Below, piece by piece: positions 24,009 to 39,729 of a stretch of 64,000 nucleotides of DNA; within the stretch, counting starts at the first letter, position 1; each line of letters opens with the position of its first letter. The notes below the pieces were generated by a model. That model ran no database searches, was not told where the DNA came from, and saw nothing but the letters and a program-made list of their open reading frames with translations. The stretch is taken from contig OZ024743.1 of assembly GCA_964016885.1 (NCBI GenBank), forward strand, positions 264,616,001 through 264,680,000, in the 5' to 3' direction. Position numbers and translations under genes: made by a program. Source of the DNA: Eledone cirrhosa (Eukaryota).

Positions 24009-26159
24009 TGTTTGCGTATGTGTGTGTGTGTTTTGTTTGCGCGCGCGCGCGTGTGTGTCTATGTGTGTGGATGTGTCTTTGCGTTCGCAATATACTGAAA
24101 TGATTCTTAAAACCAGTTTTAGCAAATAGTGCAAAAAAATTGCTATAAATCAATGTTTTGTCCATCGTTTCTTACTCCATTGGACAGTGTTTGGCTTACG
24201 CGAGACGCTGTGATCCCGAGTGGACCAGTAGTACCGTTAGCAAGGGTATAGACTGCCAAAGTCCATCTCAACGGCCGATGACCACGGAGTTCTGTATCCT
24301 TCGTTTTCACTTTTATTTTTTGTAAATAACTTTTAATGATTAACCTTAAAAATGTGTTTTTTTGTTTTGTCTTGTTTCCGTTTGTTGTCTTATCCTCTCT
24401 TCCGAATTCCACTGCCAAAGCATGAGCCGACTTCAGGTTGTGGTATATTACACTCTCTCAAGATGCCAGGAAGTGGAGATGAACACGTGACCTAATGACT
24501 GAGAAACGAATGTTTTGCAGTGGTCACAGTAATAAATAATGCAATTCGTAGAGAAGATAAAATCGAAGATCTTAACATAGGAATGTGCAATAATCTAGGT
24601 CACCATTTGAATGCATTGACAAGGGCAAGGGCTGACATCAGGCACAACAGCATCACCAGCAACAACAACAGCTTCAACTCACAATTATCAGAAGTCAATT
24701 TTAATCGATAGTGTAGATAGCTTTTGAAAAATAATAGTTAGATATTTCCTTTAAACATAGCAGAGGATGTGAGGTTATATAGACTAAATTCTTTATTTTT
24801 AATTCTGAGGAAATGAATCAGAATTATATACGAGTTGTGTATAATCTGCTATTTCCTAGAAAATTCAAAAAGGAAATCGTCGATGAAGAACACTTAAAGT
24901 ATTAAAACATTTCTTATGTAGAATTGTGCAGTATTATATAATTATTCAAATCCCTGACTACTTTAAAACTCTCAGTTGTCTTAGATGTAAGGTCAATATG
25001 ATATTTAACCGGAGCTAGAAGGAAGATAAGTCAAGTATCTCTCATATCCTTTTTTTTTTGTTTTGTTTATCGTCGAAGTTACACGCTGGATATTTTCCTC
25101 CTAGATACAATATGTCTGAAGGAAAAAGAGGAAATGTTTATAGCTCGAATGCTTTTAATGATATGTCTGCTCAATTAACGATTACCTAGAGTTAAACAGC
25201 AATCAGCATTATCGTTATAATTATATTCATTAGATTTTTATCGTATATATATATATATTTAATATAGAAATGGCTTCTACAGGACTAGAACTGTTTCATT
25301 CGGACGCATTTATTGCAACCCTACAAGAACTATATATATATATATATGTCTGTGGGTGTGTCTGTGTGCGTGTGTGTGTAGAATTTAATTCTATTTACAC
25401 TTTAATTTTATAACAGGGACGATTAGTCGATCGAACAATTGAACACCCATCATCGAAACGAACGACGGATCAAATACTATGGAGATAATAACAAACATTT
25501 GCTTGAGTGTTGATATCATTTTATCTGGGTTACCTTTGTTGAGCAAATCTGTAAACAAAAATATTCTACCTCCTACAATTATTTAATTTGACATTCATAT
25601 TTTTGTGAGGCTAAATAATTATCTGAGAGGGAGATTGCTACTACAGTTCGAGTGACTACTTACAGTTTCTAGCATGGATGTCTGTTCGAAAGGAGAAATA
25701 ATACAAATAAATGATGACCGTAATATAAAACATCAGACCCTGTTTCCGTAGGAGAAATACATATGTAGAGTGAGATAAGAATATTTAATTTTCGAAATGT
25801 TTTGACTGCACGATTATATTCGTAGATAGCAGACGCAAAACTTCTATGTATTATATTTTTCAAATAAAACCATCATGCATACAGATTGCCCTCAAATGGG
25901 ATTTTCCTAAGACAATTATACATTCTATTCAAACGTTTATTTTTATTGTAGTTTCAATATATCTGTAAAACATACAAAATGGATATTAAACTCCCTATTT
26001 CTCTGAAGAAATAAATGTTTCCCTAGCATGTATCCATGCATGCGTAAAACTAATATCTACGTATCGATTCACCGATATGTAGTTTTATTTTTCTGTTCAG
26101 TTTATCTACTTACCGACCAACCCACATACCTAAGTATTTATCTATGTGTACCTCGATGT

Positions 26160-26551
<392 letters not shown>

Positions 26552-28045
26552 AAGTTTAATGCAAATATTCGTTCGACCGTTCTGTGATCTCACAGTTTTG
26601 GCCGCGTTCGATTTGGAAAGGAAGTCATATGATGAAAATATCTGGAACAGGCTGCCATGAATTAAAACGTAATCCTATTAAATTTCAAAAGAAGTATCCT
26701 CTCAAAGACTAGCTGCAACCATGAAAGAAGTGTCGATCTTGTTTTACTCATTGCTTTAATCATCTAAGGGTTGATTCAATTAGAAAGTGTTTGTTTGTGA
26801 CAGCTATTTGAAATCAACCTCACATTGATTTACATCATGCATACAGTTTCTCGGGCGAACATCTTTTGCAGTTATCTAATGTATTAGCGCATTGGATGTT
26901 GTGGAGGAAATGTTTTTATAAGATAGCTGGTATACTCTTAATCCTTCACTGCCTAGTTCAGGTCATTGCACCAGCTCCACAACCGAGTTCTTCAGACCTA
27001 CAAATATTGCAGATGCATGTCTTAAGGTCATAAGATTTGAACTGAATGCATACCATCTTTGAGTTATTTATCAAATGTATTTAGAAGAAAGCTTATTCAG
27101 AAATATAAAAAAAATACTAAGGCAATAATATGAACATGTGTGTTTGTGTGTGTGTCTGTGTGTGCGTGTGTGTGTGAAAGAGAGAGAGGAGAGGTGGTTT
27201 GTGTGAAATACTTATATATAGATGATATAAACGGATTTAACTAATAACAAATTATCGTAATATTTGAATAAATACGTCTTTCACTGACATGACTATGATT
27301 CTATGTGATAAAACATATGTGAAGAAATGTATTTATTCATTCCATCTGCAGGAAGCTAAGTAAGAAAATATTAGAAACATATTTGTTTATATATATACGT
27401 ATCTGACGTAAAGCAAAACCCTGGTTGCAGTAAACAACTGCAAAATATGGTAAAGTTACAAACAAAGTAACCTTTGTTGGTAGAAATCTCTACATGAAAT
27501 TTCTAACAGAATTTGGCGTAAAACAAAGTTCTAAATTGTATTTCAATATATGCATACACACATACAAACCCACAAGCAAGCACAAACACACACACACCCT
27601 AATATATATATATATATATAAAGAGAGAGAGAGAGAGAGAGTTTGAGAGAGCGACAGAGAGCATGATTACCCGTCATCTAAAAATATGTGGTTCGATCCC
27701 ACGCAGGGCCCAATATTCACATGTTTAGCCAGTTCTAAGTGTACTTTAGAATATTTTCTTAACTATTCTTAAAATTATCTGCTTTTAGGTGAATATATTT
27801 TCAGGTTTCATATTTGTATATATTTTTTACATCCATAGGATACTTTTTCCTGCAATTCCCAGCTCAAATGTACAAAGACAGTACTTGGCGGTAACTGATC
27901 CCATAACAATGGAGTGATAGTTTCCGCCGCTGTAAATGTGTCTGGAGCTAATTGATTAAATATGGAAGGAATAACGCAAAATAATCTAACCGGCATTCGA
28001 ACGATTCTGCTAATCAGTCTGTCTGTCTGTCTGTCTGTCTGTCTG

Positions 28046-28099
<54 letters not shown>

Positions 28100-28144
28100 T
28101 TCTCACACACACAAACACACACGCGCACTTCATATATATATAGT

Positions 28145-29900
28145 AGTGAAACATTTGAAGGTTTATATCCAAAGTTTATAGAGCACTCACTCCACCTTGC
28201 TCTATGAACATTCTTTATATCTTCGTGTTTAACACAACTGTCGCATTACTTATTTAGAATAGGTCAATACCAGCTGGATTACTCTCTGAAGAACATTTCC
28301 ACACCCTCAAGTCGAGTTTATTCAAAGCTTTTTCTCCAAAAACAGAAGACGACGTTAAGCGACTGAGATGACAGGCACTGTCTTTCGACGAAAACATTAC
28401 GAGCCCTTTCGACACCAACAACTTGAAGTCTAAAGCCTATCCACCCAAGTAGTAAAATGAGCTCACTCCTTTCTAAGCAGAACATCTAGACTTAGCCACT
28501 AACATTGCCTTCCGCAAGCACTCTAGCCCGATTCAAAACAAACTTAGCTGAAACATTAAGAACTTTAGGTTCTCCAATAATAGATACGTCGTATCTGGTA
28601 AAACCAACAACACTTGCAAAGTTAAGCAAGCTAATTTCAACCACTTAAGACAAAAAGCTATAGCGGCAAAGTACAGTATAAACAGACCTCCCAGCGTATA
28701 ATTACATCAATTTTGAAGCCAAATACCTAGCCTCAAACTTTAATGTAGATAGAAATCTAGAATGCCTAGCTAAGCGAGAGGCCTTTTTACCCTTATGGTC
28801 CACAAAGCTTGTGTTAATATTAACCACATTTGTAGACTGTTAAACCGAATCACTGACAGTGATATGGCCAGTTAGCAAAGCTATAATTAGAGGGATACTC
28901 AGTACCATTAAGAAGAAATTCATTCTTTCCTAGTGGGAAACATTGATTCTGTAGTTAGGTGTATTAATTCCTTTAACACCAAGAAAGCTAGATTTACCAA
29001 CACCACGTTAAGTGTATAAAAAATAATAGAAATTATAGCAAATAATTTGGTTCTGCCCACCTTTCTCACTATGCGCTACCACTGGCGTATGTACGAAATT
29101 CGATGCTCTCTTAGACAAGCACATCCATAAAGGTCATCAATATAGATCCATCTTCAACAGGCACAGAGAGAAAATCGGATATTAACTGCCCTAAGGATAT
29201 AAAAGCCCACATCCCCACCAACTGCAAGAGCGCTCCCACACCAGCTTACTCTAGTAGAAATCCAGAATTATGCCCTCTACAATAAGAGTGTAACACATAC
29301 GTGGTCGTCTACTAGGCCGAAGTTATTTCCACCCGGCAGAACCAACAACAAGAAGTCAAGACATATGTGAGTATGTCTGAAGGTCGGTTTAAAGAACGCT
29401 TCCTTAATCATGACTTGATCGTTACACAGCCTGACAAGCAATCGAACACGAAACTAGCAAGCCAGGCATGGTCACTCAAGGAGGTGATCGAGAACTTCTC
29501 CATCAAATGGAAAATACTCCACGTTCGAGATCATATGCAAATGGATCCAAGACCTGCAGATTGTGCATTCAAGTAAGAAAAAATTTCTTGCAGAGGTTAC
29601 ACAACATTGCTTGCCTTAATACAAAATCGATATTTTCAACCACTGTCGCAACGTCTCGGAAATTTCATTACGTATCTGGAAGGTTTCAAGGTAACATGAG
29701 GATTGACCTTACACCGGGCGAATCTATCGCAAGGAGTCGTTTTTCAAAAGTTTCAGTCTAATTAGGGTTACCTCCTCAGTTACAGAAATGAAAACTGATA
29801 TCTTCTATACAGAACCCATCCAGCTCAAAATTGCCTCCGTTCTTACTATAACCATACTTGATTTGTAAATCCTATTTATTTGAAACACTTTTCCTCAAGA
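28145..29900 (+). mobile_element. Decayed Penelope-like element (Hydra-type), RT core deleted
   Basis: N-terminal YSLKNI.TPS..KRLR, AF.., CRLLN; then LDKH..GHQYRSIFNR, VVY.AEV, EGRFKERFLNH, CRLC. Confidence 0.7.
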
Positions 29901-30061
29901 ACGGTTTAAATATATATTTTATTATACATATTTCAAAGGTACAATGCCGTTTAAGTACGATTTCAACAGACAAACTATGAGATTTGATATGCGACATATC
30001 GCTACGGTTTTGATTATTCAAAATTGGATAATCAAAACCGTATCCGTATGTCGCATATAAA

Positions 30062-30649
<588 letters not shown>

Positions 30650-30683
30650 ATGCGACATATATATACGTATATGTGACATATAC

Positions 30684-30721
<38 letters not shown>

Positions 30722-31599
30722 GTAGAGATTGGAGTAGAAGTAAATAATTAGAGAGAAAGAGAGTGCAAGTGTTCAATATTTAATTTGACGTATAGAGCAA
30801 TTAATTTTTATATGTATTTGTGTATCGGTATATCTCTTGTATAATTGTTATGTACAGTTGATTATAACATTCAAATGTACGATTAGAAGTTTAACATCAG
30901 TGTACGTGTTAGCGAATGTCTATTCTTGTATGAACATGTGGACGTCAGCGAGTTCAGATTTATTCCTTTTTATGGAATTGAAATCAGGTATCATAATTTT
31001 CATAACTGATTTTCAATGTAAACTTGGAACACTTTCGTTCCTTCATAAAATCTGATTACACATATGAACTTCTAGACATATATTCATGTGTGCATGTGTG
31101 TGCGTGTTTGTGTGTGTGCATGAGTTTGCATGTACGTGCACGCATGTGAGCAAGCATAAAATTAAAAAGGATGCACCCTATTTTCATGTGAGAGAATTGT
31201 AATTTATTTTATATTAATTTATTTAATGCGTGATAGGGAGTTTTCCTATACAAATATGTTTGTACATTTGTGTGGCGTGTGTTATGTGTGTGTGAGAGTG
31301 TGTGTATACGAATGTGTGTGTGTGTGTGTGTTTGTGTGTGTTTGTGCGCGTGCACGTGTGTGTATGTGTGCTTTGGAGTAAAGATAAAACATTAGTAATT
31401 GTATATTGTTAGTACTTTCGTCTGCAAGAAAATAAACAAATGATTTATAATATTTTGAAGTTTGGATGTTTGGTTAATGAACCTTACATCATACTAATTA
31501 AAAAAAAGTGATATAATGGATTTTGGAAAGACACCAAACTATGCCAATGGAAGTGTCAATTGAATGAATACCAATAAAAAAAAAAATGGATTATCATCC

Positions 31600-31990
31600 C
31601 AGAAACTTACCATAGTAATTACCGTCCCGCTAAAGTCTATGTTAAGTGTCTGGCAAAATGATATAGAGATATTGTTGAATCCAACCCAGCTGAAAGACAG
31701 TGTGGTTTCCCCCTCGGACAGCCGACCTAACTTTCCTCCTGTGGAATGTCTTCGAGTAATAGTGAGAGTATTGCCAAAATGTGTATGCTTGTCTTGAAAA
31801 TACATACGTCATCGCTCCACATCATTTTTTTGTGAAATGATGTGTAATGTCACCTCTCTTGTTCATAATCTTCGTAGATAGGATTAATATAGGCAACCGG
31901 GTTGGAAATGGTATCAATTGCGGTGTGTGTAGGATCAGTCGGCTAATAGTTATAGCCGACATGGATCTATAATATGCAATGGATAGGATT
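31600..31990 (+). pseudogene. Degenerate RTE-type LINE reverse transcriptase fragment
   Basis: NYR, AKVYVKCL, IVES...QCGF, EYCQNVYAC, CVMSPLLFIIFVDRI. Confidence 0.6.
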
Positions 31991-32051
31991 GATGGTGGGT
32001 GTTGCACGGATGGAATGAAAATCAATACCGCAATATATATATATATATATG

Positions 32052-32107
<56 letters not shown>

Positions 32108-32109
<2 letters not shown>

Positions 32110-32592
32110 ATATTAACAAATGGAAACTATATTTATAAAACCATATTTATTTCATTATATATATTTCAAGGACACCAAGTTAAATTATGGTGTGCTTTCA
32201 TCAGACAAAATATAATATAGATCAGTTTTATAAATAAATATTGACGTACCCTTAAAAAATGCAACCATTAGTGTTGGAAGCTCCCGGATACTCCGGGAGC
32301 TTTCAACAGTAATGGTTGCATTTTTTGTCGCTCCAACAGTAATGGTTGCATTTTTTAAGGGTATGTCAATATTTATTTATAAAAAGGATCTATATTATAT
32401 TTTGTCTGATGAAAGCACACTATAATTTAACTTGGTGTCCTTGAAATATATATAATGAAATAAATATGGTTTTATAAATATAGTTTCCATTTGTTAATAT
32501 CGTATGTTTACTCCAAATATTTGTTGAGTGCTTTATATCAGTTATAAAAATATTTGCTTGTTGTATCCCAACAATTTAAATAGAACTTTTGC
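32108..32592 (+). mobile_element. Non-coding fold-back mini-element, copy 2, inside (AT)n
   Basis: Same boundaries and tail as 30163..30608; extra direct repeat near the hairpin centre. Confidence 0.88.
32398..32462 (+). ncRNA. Minimal type I hammerhead ribozyme (mirror copy on -)
   Basis: tattttgt CTGATGA aagcacacta..tggtgtcctt GAAA tatata TA atgaaata; compensatory stem II changes relative to 30413. Confidence 0.75.
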
Positions 32593-32626
32593 ATATATAT
32601 ATATATATATGTATGTATTTATATAT

Positions 32627-32704
<78 letters not shown>

Positions 32705-32713
32705 ATATATTTA

Positions 32714-32851
<138 letters not shown>

Positions 32852-32856
32852 TATAT

Positions 32857-33119
32857 ATAGGAACGAGTAGGACCCCGACGGCTGAGCTCAAGCCGTTTCG
32901 ACGGCTAATTCTGGACTAAATGAACATTTTTATCCTGGTATTTGAATAGCTATTCAAATACCAGGATAAAAATGTTCATTTAATCCAGAATTAGCTGTCG
33001 AAACGGCTTGAGCTCAGCCGTCGGGGTCCTACTCGTTCCTATTACCCACTCTACTAACCTAAGAATTGAGTACTTTGGTGCGTTATGGTCCACCTGGTTC
33101 CTTAACACATTTCCGTCGT

Positions 33120-33120
<1 letters not shown>
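32857..33120 (+). mobile_element. Fold-back mini-element (186-bp loopless palindrome plus 78-nt tail) inside (AT)n
   Basis: 32857..33042 is self-complementary about gaatag|ctattc, with two mismatches seen. Confidence 0.8.
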
Positions 33121-33160
<40 letters not shown>

Positions 33161-33246
33161 AAAATGTAAAGGAGAAATAACAACCCAATCGGTACAGTAT
33201 ATGGAAGGGATATATCAGGTTAACGGTTGACGTAGTAGGAAGAGGG

Positions 33247-33282
33247 TCTTAACGTTTCGGACGCTAGTCCTTCATCAGAAGA
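33247..33282 (-). ncRNA. Minimal hammerhead ribozyme in a solo Penelope-type pseudo-LTR (33160..33310)
   Basis: Minus strand tctt CTGATGA a ggac tagc gtcc GAAA cg TT aaga; palindromic aacgtt stem III. Confidence 0.75.
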
Positions 33283-33307
33283 ACGTATGAGAGATATATT
33301 GAGGGGA

Positions 33308-33415
<108 letters not shown>

Positions 33416-33432
33416 GTATATATGTATATATA

Positions 33433-33644
33433 TATATTAATAAAAGGAATTCCAACTTTGTCTGATTTACTCGTCTTATTTACAATCCTTTAAAATTTAT
33501 AATGGTATTAGAATGAAATAGTATGGTAGAATATTAAATGTTAAATATTCAATCAATTTAATATTCTACCATACTATTTCATTCTAATACCATTATAAAT
33601 TTTAAAGGATTGTAAAACAAAGTTGGAATTCCTTTTATTAATAT
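33433..33644. repeat. AT-rich inverted repeat adjoining (AT)n
   Basis: ttaataaaaggaattccaactttgt...acaaagttggaattccttttattaa; one arm has an indel of about 18 nt. Confidence 0.85.
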
Positions 33645-33676
33645 AATCTTCTATACACAATCATACACACCCGTGT

Positions 33677-33815
<139 letters not shown>

Positions 33816-33849
33816 ATATATATGGGTATATATATGGGTATATTACTGA

Positions 33850-33910
33850 TAGTAATAATTGTTTCTACTTTAGGCACCAGGCCAGCAATTACCCAGTGCA
33901 TTACTGGTAG
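33850..33910 (-). mobile_element. 3' fragment of SINE family 1
   Basis: aattgtttctactttaggcaccaggccagcaattacccagtgcattactggta. Confidence 0.75.
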
Positions 33911-33934
33911 TAATAATAAATACTAGAAATAATG

Positions 33935-34024
<90 letters not shown>

Positions 34025-35184
34025 TATATAAACCGTGGATCAAATATTCATTATTATTACAGATTAAAGTTTTAAGCAGTGAATTTCTGCTTTCACCCTA
34101 GGTGGGATCATATGAGACTCTTATTGTGTGTGTGCCTTTTTGTGTGTGTGTGTGTGTGAATCCGCCTGTCACCACAATTAAGGATTAAGTTCGAAATGTT
34201 ACTATATTATTAAACTTGGACTGCAATTATGAGAAATAAATTCGTACACTGCTGATGGTAATATCGAAATTATCAGTGAAAAGATTCTGGATAATTATTG
34301 AGAAAGTAGCAAGTATTCATGTATCCTGTTTGTGCTTAAGAATTTAGCCTGAATTGACTTGGCTGTTGTCAACATAATAACGACAACTTAATTAGCGTTT
34401 CATATTCGAAGGTGTTCCATAGATATTAGAGTCAGTGCGCGGGAGGTTTTTGTGTGCTAATAATTTTTCCGCCAATAGGTAAAAATTAAAATTGTTTCGT
34501 GGACAATTCATGACATGCGCTGCTTGTCTTTGAATCAAACAGAAAGAGCAGGGCGTCCATATTTAAATTTGTAACAACGATAAATTGATTGAGCTGTCAA
34601 GTTCAAAATATTACATTATTTAGTAGACGAAGATCACGGAGAGTGATGCGTGTATAACACATTTTACTGCCAATAGGAAAATAATATTCTTACAATGCGT
34701 GTCGATATTAACAGTTTGTATATAGATATACGTACGCACATAAATATATAGTCAAGCCTCTATACAATACACTGACTGCTTTAAAGTTACATTTTTAATA
34801 AGCTGATGTATATATATATATTTGGCATATCTCATATCTCTCTTTTCTTTCTCCTCCTCTTCTCTCTCTCAGCCTCTTTCTTTCCGATTGTGTGATTGTG
34901 TGTTTAAGCGTTGTCTAGTTTTATGTCATATAGATATGTTTGTTTGTGTTTATGGGTTAACATGTGTGCGAGAACGGAAAAGATAGGTTTGCGTTGCAGA
35001 GAAAAGTTTCAATTCAGATAACAATGCAATATGGATTTACTGTGTTATGACAAGACTTTATATAATTAATATGTAAATACAATCAGATAAATGATCCACA
35101 TTCAATATAAATTACATTAGATAAATGATATGAATTCAAATATTACAACGATAAACAGACCTAGAGACACATCTGGTTGTTCAT

Positions 35185-35329
<145 letters not shown>

Positions 35330-36147
35330 TATATACCCGGTAGAAGATACAGGTATTTATCTCTATAATTATGCATATTACTGAAGCGCGATATCCAGAG
35401 GATGATCTTACATTGGAATACAATGATTCTCTGCAGATAATTAATTTCCCAATAACTTATACCTAGCCAAGTTTCAGCATTTACAACCTAACACTTACCT
35501 TGTCAAAATATTGGTTAGCATGAACAATTAGAATATGCTTATGTACACACTCACAAACACAGACAAACATGTATATATACACCCGCTGCCCAATCTAATA
35601 TGAATATCATGTTATACTCTATGCTTCAAACCTTTTCCATTATCATCTATCATTCCCTTTTTTGTGGGAGAGGAAATTCCAAGTATCATAGTTGATGTTT
35701 CGATGACACCAAGACCAATATAATGTATGATATGACTTTTTAACATATGATGTAATTTATATTTAATTATTTTAATTGACGCATCTACATGTCTTTTAAA
35801 TTGCTTCTCAATTGAGTCGTTCTTCCCACAGCACATACTTGCGCATTTTATATCAAAGTTATGGTGATAGAAAATTGAGGCTTTTGACTATCTATACAGT
35901 ACATATATATCATAGATAGCGAAACATTTTATATATGTTCGTTCCTTGACATCAATAAATGCCCTGCAGTATTTATTGCTGCTCTTGTCGTTGGGAATTC
36001 GCATCACACTGAGGCCTACTTTGACTGAAATACTACAACAACTTTAAATACAACTCTAGATTAGTGTACCAGATTTTGGTATCCTGGTTTTAATTCCTTC
36101 TGCTTAGGAACCTCCAGTTTGAATCCACAATCTATACACACTCTTAA

Positions 36148-37823
36148 TCTATATATAAAAAAAACTGAGGATGTCTGTCTGTGTGTGTGTGTGAGTTCGA
36201 ATCCCTAAAACTCGAGAACCACCTAACCGACTGTTTTCCAACTTTACACATGTAATAGTTATGTTTCAGGGAGTGTTCTAAGCAAAACAAATTTCAAATG
36301 TTCAATGCCCTAGGGACCGCATTAGGCGATTTAGCGATCTCGCTCTATAATTCTTAGTCTTTCTCTTTTTAGATAGATACATACATATAACGTCGCGCCC
36401 TTATAATATCTGGCTATCTGTATTACGTCACTTGCTACAATTCGCTCTGCGTCCAGAACGCGCCCTTATAATATATGTCTGTATGTCTAGCTGTCTGCTG
36501 AATCCGGTTATTCCGCCACCCTTGCTCAAGATAAATCTCACACTCATTCCCCAAACAGTTGGTAAGTGCACACAACTTCTTCCTCCCGTTTTAAGCCACA
36601 GTGTTGCTTAGTTACATACCACCAGACACTTACTTCTTTGCCAGCCGTGGTTGTGGTAATACTAAGCCTAGCTAAGACGGTTATCTATTTCCCACAACAC
36701 TAAAAATGAACGCCGGTAACTATGTATTAGACAGTCTCTTCTTCATACCGTGAGCAAAGAAAATCCAACTTTTAGTGGAGCGAGTGAAATAATGACGACC
36801 CTGCAGCGATTAAAAAATTAGGTTGCAGGTTTATATTTCACACAACACTAAAAATTAAAGCCGATAAATAAAAGCATCGTTGTAATAGCTTCAGTTTGCT
36901 TACTTACGTGCCTTTACGAGAACAAAAGTTACTATTTTACCGTTTAGTATTGTAGAGAAGCACCAAACCGACTGTTTTCAAACTTTACACATGTAATACT
37001 TATGTTTCAGAGAGTGTTCTGAGTAAAGAAAATTTCAAATGTTCAATGCCCTAGCCACCTCATTAGGCGATTTAGCGATCTCTCTCTATAATTCTTAGTC
37101 TTTCGCTTTTTAGATAGATACATACTTATAACGTGGCGCCCATATAATATCTGTCTGTATGTCTGGCTGTCTACATTACGTCACTTCCCTGGGGATGTCT
37201 GTGTGTCTGTGTGTGTGTGTGTCTGTGAGTTTGAATCCCTAAAACTCGAGAAGTACCCAACCGACTTTTTTTCAAACTTTACATGTGTATTACATATGTT
37301 TCAGTGAGTGTTATACACATAAAACATTCAACTTTTTCTTATCTCCTAGGACCCGCATTGGGTAAATAACTGCGTTTTTAAAGATTTTTAGGTTTTTTTT
37401 TAGGCGTTACGTTAGACAGATTTCCTTGAAATTGTAACTATATATTAGTCAGTCTCTTCTTCATACCGTAAGCAAAGGAAATCGAACTTTCTTATGGCCT
37501 AGGGCATTAGGTGAAAAACTTCATTTTTTCAGCTTCTTAGAGCTTTTTTGAGGCGTTACGTCTAGCCGATTTTCCCGAAATTTCGAGGCATATTATGCAC
37601 ATAAAAAACATTCATCTTCTTGATCCCCTAGGGCCCGCATTAGGTGAAAACTTGCATTTTTTCTGCTTCATCGAGGAAAATCTTAAATATTATCCAGCCA
37701 TCAGAGTATTCGGTTTATTTTCTTTACATATTGTCCAGGCATGCAGTTTATCCACGATTAGGTCTGTTGGCGGCCCGCGTTCCAAAATACCTCATCCCGT
37801 GCAACGCCGGGTACCACTGCTAG
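36148..37823 (+). mobile_element. Non-autonomous Helitron with internal duplications
   Basis: A|TC start, subterminal (TGTC/TG)n, cccgtgcaacgccggg hairpin, CTAG|T end; 36220..36440 repeated near 36960..37190. Confidence 0.85.
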
Positions 37824-38353
37824 TAAAGCATAAATTAGAGTAATTCATGTCCTTGAACCTGCTGACGATATCTGATAATGAGAAAGAGTTAAGAATGTAC
37901 TGGATGAAGCAATTTTATTTTTTATCTCAGAAAATATATGCGCCTACGTGAAAATATATGAGCACGAATATTAATTCACATTTTTTTCTGAGAAGAAAGC
38001 ATTTTAAATGACTAATATATGAAATCATCCTCTGCTCAAAGTTGATGTTAGACAAAAGACATACATATAATATAACACATAAACACACATACATATAATA
38101 AACATGCTAGAAGAGATAGATTAAACATTTTCCAATATGCTGGAAATTAGTTCGAAAAAATAATAAAAACAACCACGCTAATTTTAGTTCATTTGAAGAA
38201 CAGACACCTTTATTATATTGTCTTCGTTGTTATTGTTGTGCTGTCTTTATCTCCTGTTCCTAGTCACTGGATATTAAACTGATTAAGAATGTCATGTTCT
38301 TCGTATAAAGTATTGTTGCTATCGATAAATATTTTCTATTCCTTTTTTGAAAT

Positions 38354-38960
38354 ATCTGTGTATATATAAAATTAAGTATGTCTGTGTGTGTGTCTGTGTG
38401 TCTGTGTATTACCTATAGGAGGCTACATCTTACGATCGATTTTCATGAAACTTTACAGACTTATAGATTAGTCATCGGGGAGTGTTTTCTATATATCAGC
38501 GTATCGTTTTTCTTTTATTCCGGGGTCATTCTGCAGATAAAAATTGATGGGGGGGGGCCTTTTTTAGGTATCGAAAAATAAGATTTTTGGCTCTAACTCC
38601 CACATTTTGCCACCGATTTCGTTCAAATGTTAAAGCAAAATAGAATTTATCATTGCACATCCTGTAATGCCTTTATGTTTTGCATTTATTGTTCAGGGAC
38701 GGCGTGGCAGCCGCTTAAATATTCAAAAATACCACTTTTAGACTCAAATTTCCACTTTCTTTTTCGGCTCTCGCTCCCACATTAATCAACCTACTTTGTT
38801 CAGATTTTACACTACGCTAGATCTAATTATTTTACGTCGTAAATTCGCTTGATATTTTGGATTTTTTGTACAGGAATGGCGTGGCATCCGCTTAAATATT
38901 CAAAAATACCACCTTTTCTAACCTCATTACTAACTAACGAAGCTTTTAATTTTAACTTAC
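38354..38960 (+). mobile_element. Probable Helitron-derived fragment
   Basis: aTCtgtgtatatataaaa..tgtctgtgtg start resembles 36148; no clear 3' CTAG end. Confidence 0.4.
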
Positions 38961-39538
38961 GTACAAGGCAGAGAATTTTGTGTTTGGATAATATTGTTCT
39001 ATTAGAATTCTATTCACATCAAAGAATACTTTGTAAGCCATAAATCAACACCAGCAGTTTCATGGTACTATTTCATTGTGTCCATAAAAATAAAGTAAGG
39101 GTGGACCGTGGGGAATTTGCACGGGGAAAGCCAAAGCCCGAGCATAAATATATGAAAGCACTGTTCTCAATGATCTAAAAATCCTTTCAAGTAATTAATT
39201 TACAGTTAGTACTTCATTGATAATCTACTTTATACAGTCAATAAAATCCATAATATAAATACACAATAGTCGCACTATGTTGATATTTCAATCATGAACG
39301 TAAAATTTAGTACGTTGATTCTTCAAAACAATTTGCATGGACACTTTTCAACCTGCTACGAACGAAGTAGATTATATGGCTAAAATAAGCAAAAAACAAA
39401 CAAACATTATTTTAAGGAGGAACAGAATCCATTAAATTGACCATGTGTGGAGATTTGAACTCATTAGGTAAAGGCAGTAGCTAAGGATTTTATGCAACAA
39501 TCTTTGGCTTAATCCATCATTCTTCTATCATTTACACA

Positions 39539-39729
39539 TGGCGGTGGATTGGTAGTATTGTTAGATAGTCGGACACCATGCTTTCAGCATAGAGTTACGT
39601 CCCTTTAAGGACTCAGTTCAAATCCCGCCGAGGTTAACTTTGCCTTTCATACTTACGGGGTCAATTAAATAAAGTACCAGTAATATACTGGGTAATTGCA
39701 GGCCTCGTGTCAAAAGTAGAAACAATTAT
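39539..39729 (+). mobile_element. tRNA-derived SINE family 1
   Basis: B box cagttcaaatccc; matches other copies; tacacat on both flanks as a likely target-site duplication. Confidence 0.85.

Noticed and set aside
24143-24418. Possible host exon on the minus strand with a gtaag donor
   Set aside because: No recognisable domain, no convincing acceptor or start, no partner exons
26600-27050. Possible decayed mariner transposase on the minus strand
   Set aside because: Only a faint LLH.N-like motif; no terminal repeats or frame recoverable
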